From Pavona decussata (lineage: Eukaryota): a stretch of DNA of 64,000 nt. The stretch covers positions 2,790,001 to 2,854,000 of the forward strand of contig CDRNST010000088.1 of assembly GCA_977016875.1 (NCBI GenBank), written 5' to 3'. Under the pieces are notes generated by a model that saw only the letters and a program-made list of their open reading frames with translations, was not told where the DNA came from and ran no database searches. Position numbers and translations under genes: made by a program. Of this stretch, positions 48,740 to 60,760 are shown in pieces (the first letter of the stretch is position 1; the number at the start of each line of letters is the position of its first letter).

Positions 48740-50100
48740 AAATTAAAGCTAACTTTTAGTAAAACCCATGGCATCAACGGCAACTTCCATCGGCGTATCC
48801 ACGAGTTAACGATAGTGTCACCTTTTCATTTTCAATACAGTTTTGTGGTGTTTCGTAATAACTTAGCTTCTCTTTCAAAACCTGGACCTTCGAGAAGACT
48901 GGCCCCTGAAGATGAGCTTTTGTTGGCGTTAACCAGGTTCAAGTGGGGATGCTGGAACAGCACCTTGCAGTTCGAAATCCCAGTCAGAAATTGAACCACC
49001 CTCTAGAGTTGAGACATAAGTTAATGACACCATCACCACTAATACCAATTAGGGCTTTCGGTGTATTGTGGTTCTTGTATGTGGAGAACTAGGTAGGCGA
49101 TTGAGCTTCTCTGTTTTTTGGTTGCTGGATGTAAATTTTAGTAGCATCAACGATGCATCTCAAATTTGGGCAGAATTCCTTTACCTTATCTGGTAAGTTA
49201 ACTAGAGCTTGCTGTCTTGAAGGCCAGATATTCGCTTCTTGGGAGGGGGGACGGGCTATTGAGCACATTAAAAATTACTATGGTCTCTCTTGTACATATG
49301 TGTGAATGGCATTTGAAAGTTGTCCACTGTGATCTCTAACCTTTTGTAGAAATGCTGGCTATATGTTTGAAAAATAAAATTCAGTTAGCTTTGGCAAAGA
49401 GGGGTCATGCCATGTATCGTCAAAGTATATTTGTGCTACATGTACTCCTTGATATTTAAGAGTTAGACCAGTCATTAACACAAAGTCATTCCACTTCGAA
49501 CCAGAAACTCCACATTGGCCTTGCACTCGATGGTGGTATAAATGATTTGCATCTAGTCTCAGATTTCCCTCACATTTGGTCAAACAAAATGATTTCTTTT
49601 TTCCAGATTCAGGCTCTTTTTTAGCTAAATATGTTTGTAGAAGTATCATTTCCTTTCCAGATTCAAAACATTTAATTTCAATACCACCAAATGGAGGGTT
49701 GCTCGTGGGATCACAAACAATCCTGCCTTGTGACGCACCAAGCCAATAGTATTTTAGGTTGATAACCAATCCACATGGAAAGACCTTGATTCCAGGGTGG
49801 CCATGTGTCTCTTGATATTCCACATAACATTTTCCACAGCATCTTCACTGTCACGTCCATTGTTCAAAGAACTGACAGTTAGATTAGTGTGGGATCTAGT
49901 AAGTCTTCCAACTAGTTTTTTGTACAGTCTTTTTTTTCCTCTTAAGAACAGTACCAAAATTAGAGGCAGTAAGTCTGCACTGCCTGAGCTTGAACCATTC
50001 ACCAGTATTCTGGCTGGTTTCGTGTTGAGGATTCAGTTTCAAAGGCTTTTCCAACGGTAACCCTCACTGTACTGTCAATAAAATCTTTGTCTTCCTCAGA
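48740..50100. mobile_element. Second, rearranged ISL2EU element: transposase pieces on opposite strands plus YqaJ gene (49359-50100, minus)
   Basis: Plus: PGPSRRLAPEDELLLALTR. Minus 48985-49240: IWPSR...RCIVDATKIYIQQP...STYKNHNT.KALIGIS...GSISD. Minus YqaJ: CGLVIN..WLGAS.GRI...IEIKC...YHHRVQGQ. Confidence 0.75.
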
Positions 50101-50639
50101 CAAATTGCTCGGAAGTAGAATTTCTTGTACAGTTGTATCAACGTGAGGACGCTTTGTGGCATATTTTCAGGGGAACCAACATTTTCAACTGGTGTGCTGG
50201 AATCAAAATAAGCAAAAGCCACTGGAGAGGGTAACAATGGATTTGGAGGGGTTAATACTATAAAATCTTTTGGTGCCACTTGAAGGGTGGAGGAATTAGC
50301 AGCAGAAATGCTGTATGCCTGGGGTGGGGTCAATGCAAATGCAGTAGAATTTAGTGACCTTGCCGGGGGTGGGGTGGTAACATGGAAATGGGTGGCACAG
50401 ACACAGATGGTCTAATGTGTGTTGGTAGGGGAGATTGAAGAGGTGCAACTGAGGGGATGTTTGTTGAAATGTTTGTTCTTGATTGTGACAGGGAAGGGGA
50501 TGGAAGATGTGTGGATGAGACTGCAGGGGAGAGATTACAGACGGGTCATTGACGGCTGAGATAATACTGTTACAGGAGCTAGCCGATCAGAAGTAACTCC
50601 CTCCCAATTCCAAGTTTAGAACTTTCAGAAAACCACATC

Positions 50640-51170
50640 TTGTAGACATTTTCTTGCACAGCTCTTGAAGTTTCACAGTTGGATGGGCTTGCTTGTGGCA
50701 ATATTTAGGCGGAATTACATTATACACCTGTGGATAAGGCTTGGGAATTTTTTTTTTAACCTTACGGTGGTCCGCTCGCTCGAATGAAATCTAAAAGATG
50801 TTACAAGGAGCGAGAAAATCTCCTTATGGGATTACATGACAAGGGGCCTTTTCCGGAAGAAATAATGGACATAATAGATGACTTTAAGAAGTCCAAAATG
50901 CCAACATGGGCGAAATTGCGTGCAGTGCTAATAAAAATTGCCAAATCAGAATTCGGAATGAAGCCATACCTTCCCCTTCTCAAGTTGAGAGAGAACATGG
51001 GAGAGTTTTTGAGTAACCTGGAAAAAGAGGAGTTAGATGCCCTTTATGAAATGTGCTGCCCCACCCCAGCAAAGAGTTGCTCATCACCTCAACACACTCC
51101 TGAACGATCCTCAGGAGCAGAAGGCCTGGGCGCTTTGACGTGCGGACATTGTTTTTTGATGCTCTGGCCT
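50640..51170 (+). pseudogene. Possible HECT E3-ligase-like (G2E3-like) fragment
   Basis: FPEEIMDIIDDF...MPT...LRAVLIKIAKSEFGMKP resembles the N-lobe of cnidarian HECT-like proteins; no catalytic C-lobe is visible. Confidence 0.35.
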
Positions 51171-52694
51171 TAAATGATTTGATATTGTGTTAGTTGGATC
51201 CGCCCTCCATTGCTAAATATTATATCGACTAACAAAGGGAATCAATGTCTGTTGAAGATGGTGGGAAGTTCCAAGAAAAGACAACCAGAAAGCAGCCCTA
51301 GGCCGATGAAGATCTAGTTTTAGGCGGCCATTGTTGTGATCCTTTGGTCGAGTTGTCAGTTGTCAGTGAAATTGAGTTGATTAGGCTGTGACTGATAGAA
51401 TTAGATGACGAAATAAGAAGTTTAAAGAAGCGATAGATGACACAGCTAATCACAACCTGAAAACTATCCAAGTTTATACCGGCTCCAGTATGGAGGCTAA
51501 CCAAAAAGAGCTGGAGTCTCTTAAGGGAGCAAATTTAAAACCCCACAACATCAGGATAGAAGCAAAGTAGGAGGGAAAATATAAAGTTCTTTCGAATTCC
51601 GGAATCACAAGGTGAGTCAAATGATATAACCAAAAAGATTTAGTTCGCACAGTGATGGAGGAGAAGATGGAAATCCCAAAGTAAGATGTTGGCAGTTTTC
51701 TGTTTGAGCAAGTGTATCAAATTCCAACTCGAAGAGACCGATTACACACTTCCAGACCAAGACCCATAATTGCGAAATTCAGCTTTTATCAGGACAAAGA
51801 TTATATGTGGTCTTTTGTTAAAAATCTTAAGGGGACTAAGATTGGTGTTGCAAATGATTATCTAAAGGAATAGACAAGATACACGAAACTCTATATACTG
51901 TTCTCAAAGGGGCAAAGCAAGGCAAGCAAACAACATTCTTTAAGGTAGGCACAGATCTATAGAGGTGAAGAGACCAGCAATCTACCTCATTATGGTTTAA
52001 TTGTGAACAGCGATGCGGCAGCTGGAGGGTCGCATCTCTAAAACACGCAATAATGACTGATTCTGTTTGTGTACATGCTGTAGTTTTAGCTGCAGTAGTT
52101 TCGACCTCAGTGTGTTTTATGTTAGCCGTGTTGTTTAATAGAATCATATCGGAAAACATTTTAAAATGCGATGGTACTGAAGGTGTTTCTATTTCGTTTA
52201 TTTTATGTTTCATTTTGAGTGTTCTGATGGTTTATGTTCTTGCTAAGTTATACATCTTATTGGAGGAAGGATCGATATGGGTACATTTTGTCTATTTATT
52301 AATTTATTTTTGCTCTGCATGGAGTCAGTCTTTTGCAATCTCACTTGCATGCATATCATGAGAATGAGATGGATCTTGAAACATTTAAATTAGTGTCCTT
52401 GAATGTAAGGGGCATCAGTAATTTTTGCAAAAGGCATCAGATCTTCACCTGGTGCCCTAACAAAAATGCGGATTTTACTTTCTTGCATTCAAATGAGGTT
52501 TCAGAAATACAATGGAAAAATGAATGGGGTGTGGAGATGATAATGGCGCATGGCAGTCCAAACTCTCGTAGGGTGGCAATTTTTTCACTAAAGGTGTTGA
52601 TAATACCCTTTGGTCTAAAATTCTAGATCCCTTAGGATGTTTCATAATTCTCAAAGTAGAAATTAAAGGTAAAAATTATCTTCTAATCAATATA

Positions 52695-52811
52695 CCGTAA
52701 ATGCTCGAATTAGCGCCCAGCTTCAAATAAGTACCCCCCTTCAAATTAGCGCCCCCCTCTCGCCTTTGAAAATTAAATAAGCCCCCCGGGCACTAATTCG
52801 AGCATTTATGG
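52695..52811. mobile_element. 117-bp pogo/Tc1-type MITE in the LINE endonuclease
   Basis: TIR CC(G/A)TAAATGCTCGAATTAG(C/T)GCCC with TA TSD; removing it restores LINIYAPNKD. Confidence 0.88.
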
Positions 52812-53349
52812 TATACGCTCCCAACAAAGATAAATGTATTGTTAATTTATTTAAAAGTTTTGCAGTCCACTCTGAAACATGAAAATCTGGATGAGGAAGA
52901 AAACATTATTATGGCCGGGGACTTTAATTGTCCACTAAATCCAGCCTTTGATAAGCAAGGAGGGATAACAATACCACAAAAATCCGTTGTGGGGAGTATT
53001 CATTGTATTCAGGAAGAAATCGATCTTGTGGATATCTGGGGAATAAAAAACTTGGATATGAAAAATTTTACATGGAGCCCAATTCTCGAGCCATTTTCTG
53101 CCATTTAGATACCTACAGGATTTAGTTACATCGACAGATATAGTCCCAGCAATTAAAACACATCACGCAGCAATTTCTTTTCAGCTGAGTAACGGTGAAA
53201 ATTCAATAAGGGGAAACGGTTCTTGGAAAATGAATACTTCCATCTTGGATGTGGATGAGTATCTTAAGGATTTAGCAATGCTGATACCAGTTTGGGTAAA
53301 TGAGGGCTAAAATGAGTTGACTGATAATCAAAGTATTTGGGATTGGATT

Positions 53350-53960
53350 AAACCTTTGACCCCCAAGCGTGCATACATGCGCACTCCCAAATATGGTGTA
53401 CATTTTAGCCCTGAAAAAGCGCTTCAGGACCCAATTTAGTTCCCAGACCTCTCAAATCAGATCATAACGTCGTCTTTCAAAATGGCGGCAAATTGAAGCG
53501 ATTTGCGACTTTTCTCCCAGCCAGGTTTTTTTAAGTGTTCCACGACGAGTTGCAACTTTGTTGATTGGGGATTTAAAAATTTACAACCTTTTATGACAAT
53601 ATGGATGAAATTCACTGTAGTATCCTATTCAGAGGTGGGAAGACATCGACAAAGAAGACAGCGACTTGCCTGAGTCTGAAAATTCCCAATATCAGCCTTT
53701 CGCCGACCTTTCTAGTGAAAACAAGTAGATGTCAAATTCTCAAAATCGTGTAGCTGCTCCGAGTCACAAATGAGTGCCACAACGGCGTGAAAAAGTTCCA
53801 GAAATCAACTGCGGACAAATGGATGAAATTGCTTTTCAAAAATGTATGGTTATCTATACCTAGCAGTACAGATACAGCCTATATAAATTCTTGCGATGTC
53901 TATTGGACAAACCTAAATAAATAAATAAATATATTTGCTATTTTGTGGGAAGAAACGCAT
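53350..53960 (+). mobile_element. Insertion in the LINE, probably the left end of a piggyBac-like element
   Basis: Begins after TTAA (ttaaacctttgacccc); LINE homology stops at WDWIK and resumes at QLYTS. No right TIR seen. Confidence 0.4.
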
Positions 53961-55494
53961 TTAACAGCAACTCTATACTAGTGGAAACAAGTCTGCAGAG
54001 CATTTGCAAATACTTGATACCTTTTTGAGAGATTTGAACATCCCCATAATTACGCAGGAGCAAAAGCAACCATGCGAAGGAGAAATTACTGTTGAAGAAT
54101 GTGCCAGGCTCCTGACAAGTTTTCAGAACAATGAAGCCCCTGGAAATGATGTCATTCCAACTGAATTCTATAGAAGACTCTGGCCGTTAATCTATGATCC
54201 TAAATCTGTGAATGAATGTTGTAAAAAAGGCGAAATGTCAAACTCACACAAGCAACCTGTTATTTCGCTTATTGAAAGAAAAAAAGGGAAAGACCGCTCG
54301 CTCTTAGAAAATTTGGGTCCAATTTCCCCTGTCAATGTTGATGCAAAAATTATGTCGAAGGTCATTCATTGCTAGTAGGATTAAGTGCATCATGCCTAAT
54401 ATTATTCATGATAACCCGACTGGTTTTGCCATGGATCCTTACATCAGCGAGAAAATGCGATCGATCTTTGATATAATAGATTTCACAGTGATTTATTAAT
54501 TTTGAAAAGGCATTTGACAGCTTAGAATGGAACTTCCTTCTCAAATGTCAAAAATTTTTAATTTTGGACCTGAACTCATCCTCTGGGTTAAGGCATTTTA
54601 CTAAAACATACAAAGCTGCATTATAAACGACGGGTTTATTTCTGACCACTTTTTCCTAGAACAGGGAGTTAGACAGGGTAATCCACTCTCCCCATATCTA
54701 TTTGTCACAGCTGTCGAAACCTTGGCAATTGCGGTCAGGGAAAATGCAGCAATTAAAGGAGTTACCATAGCAAAAGAGGAAACGAAAATACTCCAGTATG
54801 CAGATGACACGACAGCAACCCTTTTTGATATAAACTCTGCCAGCGCGGTTTTCAACCTTCTTGATAATGCTACATCAGTGTCTGGTTTGAAAGTAAATCC
54901 CACCAAAACTGATGGTATGAGGATTGGTTCCTCAAGATAAACAAATCAAAACCAATAAAATCACTAGATGTATTCTACTCCTGACCAAAAATTGTTGCAC
55001 AAAAATATTATTGAAAAACTTGATAGTATTAAGAAGTCGATCAATATTTGGTCCTTTGGCTTTGATTAGTCCAAAGATCATTTATGTTTTTTCGTTACTT
55101 CCAACCCCTGTTGAAGTCATCAAAGCTTTAAATCAGTTGTTATTCAAGTTTTTAACGAAGGAAGTTGACAAAGTAACAAGACTGTCCGTAATAAAGGACT
55201 ATGAGAAGGGTGGTTTAAAAATGATGGATTTGGAATGTTTGATCAAATCCTTACGGTTAGCTTGGTTGAGAAGTATTTTTGGCATATATAACAGAGCTTG
55301 GAAGTGTTATTTGTTTAACTTATTGGAGAGATTTGGCGGTCCATTAATTTTCTACTGCAATTACGATATTAAAGACTACTCAATCTCTTCTCCATTTTAT
55401 TGTGTGTTATTACAGTGGCAGCCAGATTTCCGGCAAGAAATCGCCGCCAGACATGATTGGAAAAATATATTATGGAACAATAAAGAAATTAGAT

Positions 55495-55725
55495 AGTCAG
55501 TTGCTTGTTAAAGCATTTTATAAGAAAAATGAAAAGTAATGCTGTTCGATGTTTCAATGTTTCAAACATCATTATCAAGAAGAAATGAAGAAAACGTTTG
55601 ATCTCAGGGTTGCTAAGAGTTGAGTTTGAATAAATGTAATCTCATTTTATAGCATTCCTGCATGCTTGATTTTTATGCAAATAAGTTAGCAGAATACCTT
55701 TGCAGGAATTGAATCCGATTGCATG
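55495..55725 (-). mobile_element. Inverted Penelope 3' end (pLTR) with hammerhead-like motif (55547-55579)
   Basis: Minus strand reads QSDSIPAKVFC* (cf. QNDSICAKVFI* at 8288), then CTTGATAATGATGTTTGAAACATTGAAACATCG. Confidence 0.7.
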
Positions 55726-57355
55726 TTTAGCGAAAGATGACATTGCAGTGACAAAGCCTGATAAAGGCAATGGTGTTGTAATTATGGATAAATCTGATTA
55801 CACAACATCTACCAAAGGAAGCGTCCATCAACGACAAGACCAAATTTGTTCCTTGTAGTTTAGAACGCCAAAAGACCAGGGGCTGTAAACCTAAACATTA
55901 CCACCCTCTTTTGGCAAAGAAACAGCAGTTGAACTCTGTTATCCACAAGATCCTACCAAAACAGATGGCAGATTCCCTTTCACCAAAAGGGTCGAGATTA
56001 GCACATCTATATGGCCTACCTAAGACCCATAAGAAGGTCTTATCTACGAGTCCAATCCTGTCTGCCACCGGAACTTATAATTTCCAGCTTATGAAGTGCC
56101 TTGACGAGAAGCTTAAACCAATTTCACTCAAACAACTACACAGTGGATGATGTCTTCCAATTTGCCGACGAAATTCAACATAAGTGTGTCAATGAGGATG
56201 ATGTCCTTGTTTCATACGATGTTACAGCACTCTTTTACAAACATCCCTGTCGATGAAGCCATTCAGATCTTGGCAGACAAAGCTTTCAACAACAATTGGT
56301 TTAACAACACTTACCATTCCTAACTTGAGAAAGAAGACCTTGTTAAGCCACTAGAAGTGTCTATAAATCACCAACTTTTTCAGTGTGATGGCGAATTACA
56401 CGAACAAATGGATGGCGTCGCCATGGGCTCCCCTCTCCGGCCTCTAGTCGCAAACACTTTCATGTGTTCACTAGAAGAAAAACTCCGAGGGGAAGGTGAA
56501 ATTCCCAGTTTTTACAAGCACTTTGTCAACAATTCTTCCGGGATTATGCCAAACACCGCACAGGTGTATGCTTTCCTTAACGTTCTAAACTCAAAACATC
56601 CCGCCCTTAACTTCACCATGGAACTGGCTACTAACAAGAAACTTCCCTTCCTTGGCATGAACATCCTCAAAAATGGCGCCAAACTGGAAACCAGTGTCTA
56701 CAAGAAGCCAACTAATACCGGGCTTCTTCTTCAGTTTGACAGTCATGTCGACCAACGCTACAAAAAAGGCCAACTAAAAACTATACTGAATAGGGCCTAA
56801 AGATTATCATCGAACCGGAATTTTTTCACTGAGGAATGTGAGGCCTTAAAGATGGCATTCTCAAACCTTCGTTACCCTCCTACGTTGATTGACCCCACTA
56901 TCAACAACTTGATAACCAGTTGTGTAGCGGACAATGTGCAAAGTGACACAATGGACAAAAGTAACGACAGCCTTCCCAAGGTCATGTTCTCCCTTCATTC
57001 CGTTGACCAGAAAACTATGGAGAACACAAGGAGACAGTTACAAAGTCTTAGCTCCAAAATCGGTGTCCCTCTGAAACCTGTTTTCAGTACTTTGAAAGTC
57101 TGCAAGATTCTCAAGACTAGAGAGCCAAAACTGAAGATTGTTAACGAACAATGCGTGGTATATCGCTACAAATGTGGTCTATGTGAGATGGACTATGTCG
57201 GTTTTACAAATCGACACCTCTATCAACGCATTAATGAACATACAAGCTCAAGATCTTCGATTGGGAAACACATGAAACAGCATGGTGTCGAGAAATCAAC
57301 CATCGCCGACAATTTTTCGGTCTTCAAAAACTGCCGCAAGAAATTTGACTGCCTG
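55725..57355 (+). mobile_element. Penelope/Poseidon element, RT plus GIY-YIG, degraded
   Basis: TKPDKGNGVVIMD, LYGLPKTHK, VSYDVTAL, GVAMGSPL, LPFLG, VYKKPTNTG and VVYRYKCGLCEMDYVGFTNRHLYQRINEH. Confidence 0.92.
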
Positions 57356-57470
57356 TTACGCCGCAATGTAATAATCGCCACAAAATGTAATAAGAATCGC
57401 CGCAAAATGTAATAAAGTATTCAGTGCAAAATGGAAGAACTTTTCTGACGCAAAATGTAATAACTCACAA
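57355..57470 (+). repeat. Cluster of about 5 (cgc)aaaatgtaataa motifs, probably subterminal repeats of a DNA transposon that truncates the Penelope
   Basis: The motif recurs with short spacers immediately after the Penelope ORF breaks off. Confidence 0.55.
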
Positions 57471-57689
57471 ATGACGTGAATGGTCTTTTGATATCAGTAT
57501 TACGATTCAGTGTACAATCACCTATGCATAAATTGAATAACAGGTGTACAGGTTTTATTCTCAACTGTTAAATGTTTCAGATCAGGGGACTGGTGTTTTC
57601 TTACCCCAATCGGACGTATAGACAAAGAACACTTGGGGGGGGGGAGCACCACACCAGACTTATCTGAACCTCCTGCATTTAGCAGTCAA

Positions 57690-59170
57690 AAGAAACTTCT
57701 GCCTTACAAGATGACGACTTAAACAACAAACTCGGAAAGTTTTGGGAACTAGAGCATGTTGGAATCCTATCTTCTAAACCACAGTTCTCTCCAGATGAGC
57801 ACGCAGCGTCGAAAAAGGTTAGTAAATCAAGAATATAAGATGGGAAACACTTTCAAGTCGCAGTTCCTTGGAAAGAAGAAAGATCTCGCCTGGTCAGCAA
57901 CAGGCCACTAACAGAAAGGCAACTACAACAAGTTGAGCGCAAACTGGCTAAAGAAGAAAAGATAGCAACTGCTTAACAGCAAGTTGTTGACGAGTATTGA
58001 CAAAAGAACTACATTTGACGCATTCCATCCACTGAAAGAAGATCTGACGCTGAATGGCTGCGACCTCACTTTCCAGTTATTCAATCAGACAGAGCAACAA
58101 CGAAGGACAGGATTGTGTTTGATGCCTTGGCCACATACCAAGGAAGAAGTCTTAACACGGAGACTTTACGAAGCCCCAAGTTACAAAGTAACCTCTTTGA
58201 TATATTGGTGAGATTCAAGAAGGAGTTAGTGGCCCTCGCTGGTAACGTCAGTCAGATGTATCATCAGTTGGTACTACAGCCTTTTGATTGACCTTTCCAC
58301 AGATTCCTATGGTGAGATCTCGACTCAAGTAGAGAGCCAGAAACGTGTGAGTTTCAGCGATTTGTATTAGTATCCTTTGGCGGCAGAAGGAGTACAAAAG
58401 AACTGCTTTATGGACAACCTGATTCCATCTGTTAAGAGTGTCCATGCAGCTAAGACAATGAGGAAACAAATAACTGAGTTAGGAGACAAGGCTGGATTCC
58501 ATGTTTGAAAGTGGATTTCACATCGACCTGAAGTACCGGTAATCAAAGAAATTCCAGAACAAGACGAAGCTGCTGAAATCAATTTGAGCAAGCCAGTTTC
58601 CAGTCAGAGACAATAGGGGTGCTTACCATTTACATGGAAAACCCGGAAATTCCAGTTGGAAAATCAAATGGTACACATCATTCCATTTGGAGCACTTCTG
58701 AAATTATGGGCTTCTGGTCAAAGTGATGCATTTTTCCTTACTCCTTATGGGATTTACAGCTGATGTTCATCATTTCGTATTTATGCCGGAAATTTTCATC
58801 TGGGTGGTTTGCGTAAATGGTAAGCACCTCTCATGTTTTGTGGATTGCTAAAGGAGACAAGTTCTCGTTCCAGTATTCAGCTCCACCAGAAGAGTTCATA
58901 CTTACAAAAAGAATTGTGTGGAAAAAAACAGGGACGATCTTTGATCCCCTTGGATTTCTCTCTCCTTTCACCGTAACAGGGAAGTTGTTGATGCAGGAGG
59001 CATGGACAAAAGCTGTAACATGGGATGAAGTTCTGCCGCCTTCCCTTGTGAAGAAATGGCAGACGTGGTTTGGAGAGTTATCCGACCTCGCAAGAATCAA
59101 GATTCCGTGGTGCCTTAAAGACTCCCAGAGCAAAGACGAGAGAGTTACAGTTTACACGTTTACTGACACG
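57690..59170 (+). mobile_element. BEL/Pao LTR retrotransposon pol fragment (RT to RNase H)
   Basis: KFWELEHVGI, VAVPWKE, RIVFDA, PKLQ..LFDILVRF, NCFMDN and IFDPLGFLSPFTVTGKLLMQEAW...WDEVLP...IPWC. Confidence 0.9.
58616..58830. mobile_element. MITE (Harbinger-like ends) in the BEL pol
   Basis: TIR G(G/A)GGTGCTTACCATTTAC. Confidence 0.75.
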
Positions 59171-60084
59171 TATTCCCTGTCTGGACCTTGTAGGAGCAGA
59201 AATTGGTTTGCGATTAACTAGACATTGCGTTGCAAATGAAATTTCATGACCCTCCCCCTACACAGGTAATACAATGTAGCTCCAATACCAGAAAAAGAAA
59301 ACAAGAATGGAGGCAAACTGTAAGTTACTTACTGGAACCATTTTGCCCCAACATAATTCAAACCATCGATGGAAAATCAGCATCATTAGATATAACTCCA
59401 TTATGCTTGACATTTCCTTTACATTAATATTTTGGCACTAAATACCAATTTTTTTCCTAGGTGGATGCTTGTTACCAGAAAACATGCCCGAATAAATTTT
59501 CATTTAGACCCCATTTATAAAGCTAGTCATTTCTTCAGTGGTTTAAAGCATCTAGTGCAGTGGAGTTTAACCTGATGTGAGGCACCTGACAAAAATGTAT
59601 GTACACTGAAAAGGCTGTTACTATTACATTGTTCATGAAAGTGCAAGAGAAGAAAACAAATCATGGCAAACTGTTTTTGTCTTGCAAATTTATTTGTTTA
59701 TTGATTATTGTACTTATTCACATCTGGATACAACGATGTCCATGCAGCACCAGCAATCTCCAGGCTTGGTAAGTCACTCAGGGGAGCAATTTCAACCTTT
59801 GCACCTGAGAAAATATTGAACCAAACGGAAACGTAGCATTAATTACAAGAGAACGATCAGCTGAAATTAAAGACATTGTGCAGAGCTTTTCACTACAATT
59901 TAGATTCTTTTTCCATGGTAAAAGAGCGCAAAAACAGTAAGCTTGTTAAGAACTGAAACTAAACTGTGCACTCTAATTTAACACCAAGGCAAACTTTAGA
60001 AAGCAAGGCTAAACCTAAACTTCACTTCGATTTCAATTCAACTGAGTCTCTAGGGAATGAACTGGCTAGTAGTCAAGTGAAATT

Positions 60085-60760
60085 GTTGCGGATTCTCAGG
60101 CACTACACTTTTAAAGCTTGCCTTTTTGGTAATACGGCAAATAACAATTGCCCACAACTTAAACGAGCTGGTATCTGTGAGAGTGATCTTGTCTAATTTT
60201 ACTGTAGTACCATAAGATCGGTTTTAGAATATGCATGTGGAGTATTTCACTTCAGCCTTCCGTCCTATTTATCTGAGGAGCTGGAACGTATTCAGAAGCG
60301 CGCCTTGCACATTATTTTTCCTTGTGCAAGCTACAACAGCACGCTCAAAGACGCAGGCATTCCCTCTCTTTACGACAGATGAGCGTCATTATCGTTTGAT
60401 CTTTTTAATGACATTGTTTCTTGACACTAATCACAAGCTCGCAGGTCTGCTCTTACCTAAAGCTAATTACCATAGCCAGCTGCGCAGTAATAGGAAGTTC
60501 AACGTGCCAGTGTGCAAAACGGAGCGCCTTAAAAAATCTTTTATCGTTAGCCATAGCCTTAGAATATAAATATAAATAAGTTTTATGTATGTATATTTTC
60601 TTAACATAAGGCCATTCTGAGTGATTTGATTCCATTAGATTTTATTATCATAGACCTTTGTAACTAATTTAATTATAGATTTTGTTTTGTAAATTATACA
60701 CGTAATTCAGTCTCCTGACTGCGAGGTATTTTTTTCAATAAACGATTTTACTACTACAAC
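60085..60760 (+). mobile_element. CR1/L2-group LINE 3' fragment
   Basis: QLKRAG...FYCSTIRSVLEYACGVFH..LP..LSEELERIQKRAL...KTERLKKSFI; AATAAA followed by a (TAC)n-like tail. Confidence 0.88.

Larger units (their letters stand above)
51230..55495 (+). mobile_element. L1/Tx1-clade LINE, degraded (ORF1, APE endonuclease, RT)
   Basis: ORF1 RRENIKF...PRPIIAKF...IGVAND; EN KLVSLNVRG, NIYAPN, MAGDFN; RT APGND, FEKAFDS, GVRQGNPLSPYLF, LQYADDT and GGLKM. Confidence 0.9.

Noticed and set aside
57355-57470. Short repeats with spacers as CRISPR-like array
   Set aside because: Repeats are about 15 bp with irregular 3-25 bp spacers, typical of transposon subterminal repeats.
59660-59775. Signal-peptide-like first exon ending in GTAAG
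   Set aside because: Needs a frameshift and contains a stop; no downstream exons identified.
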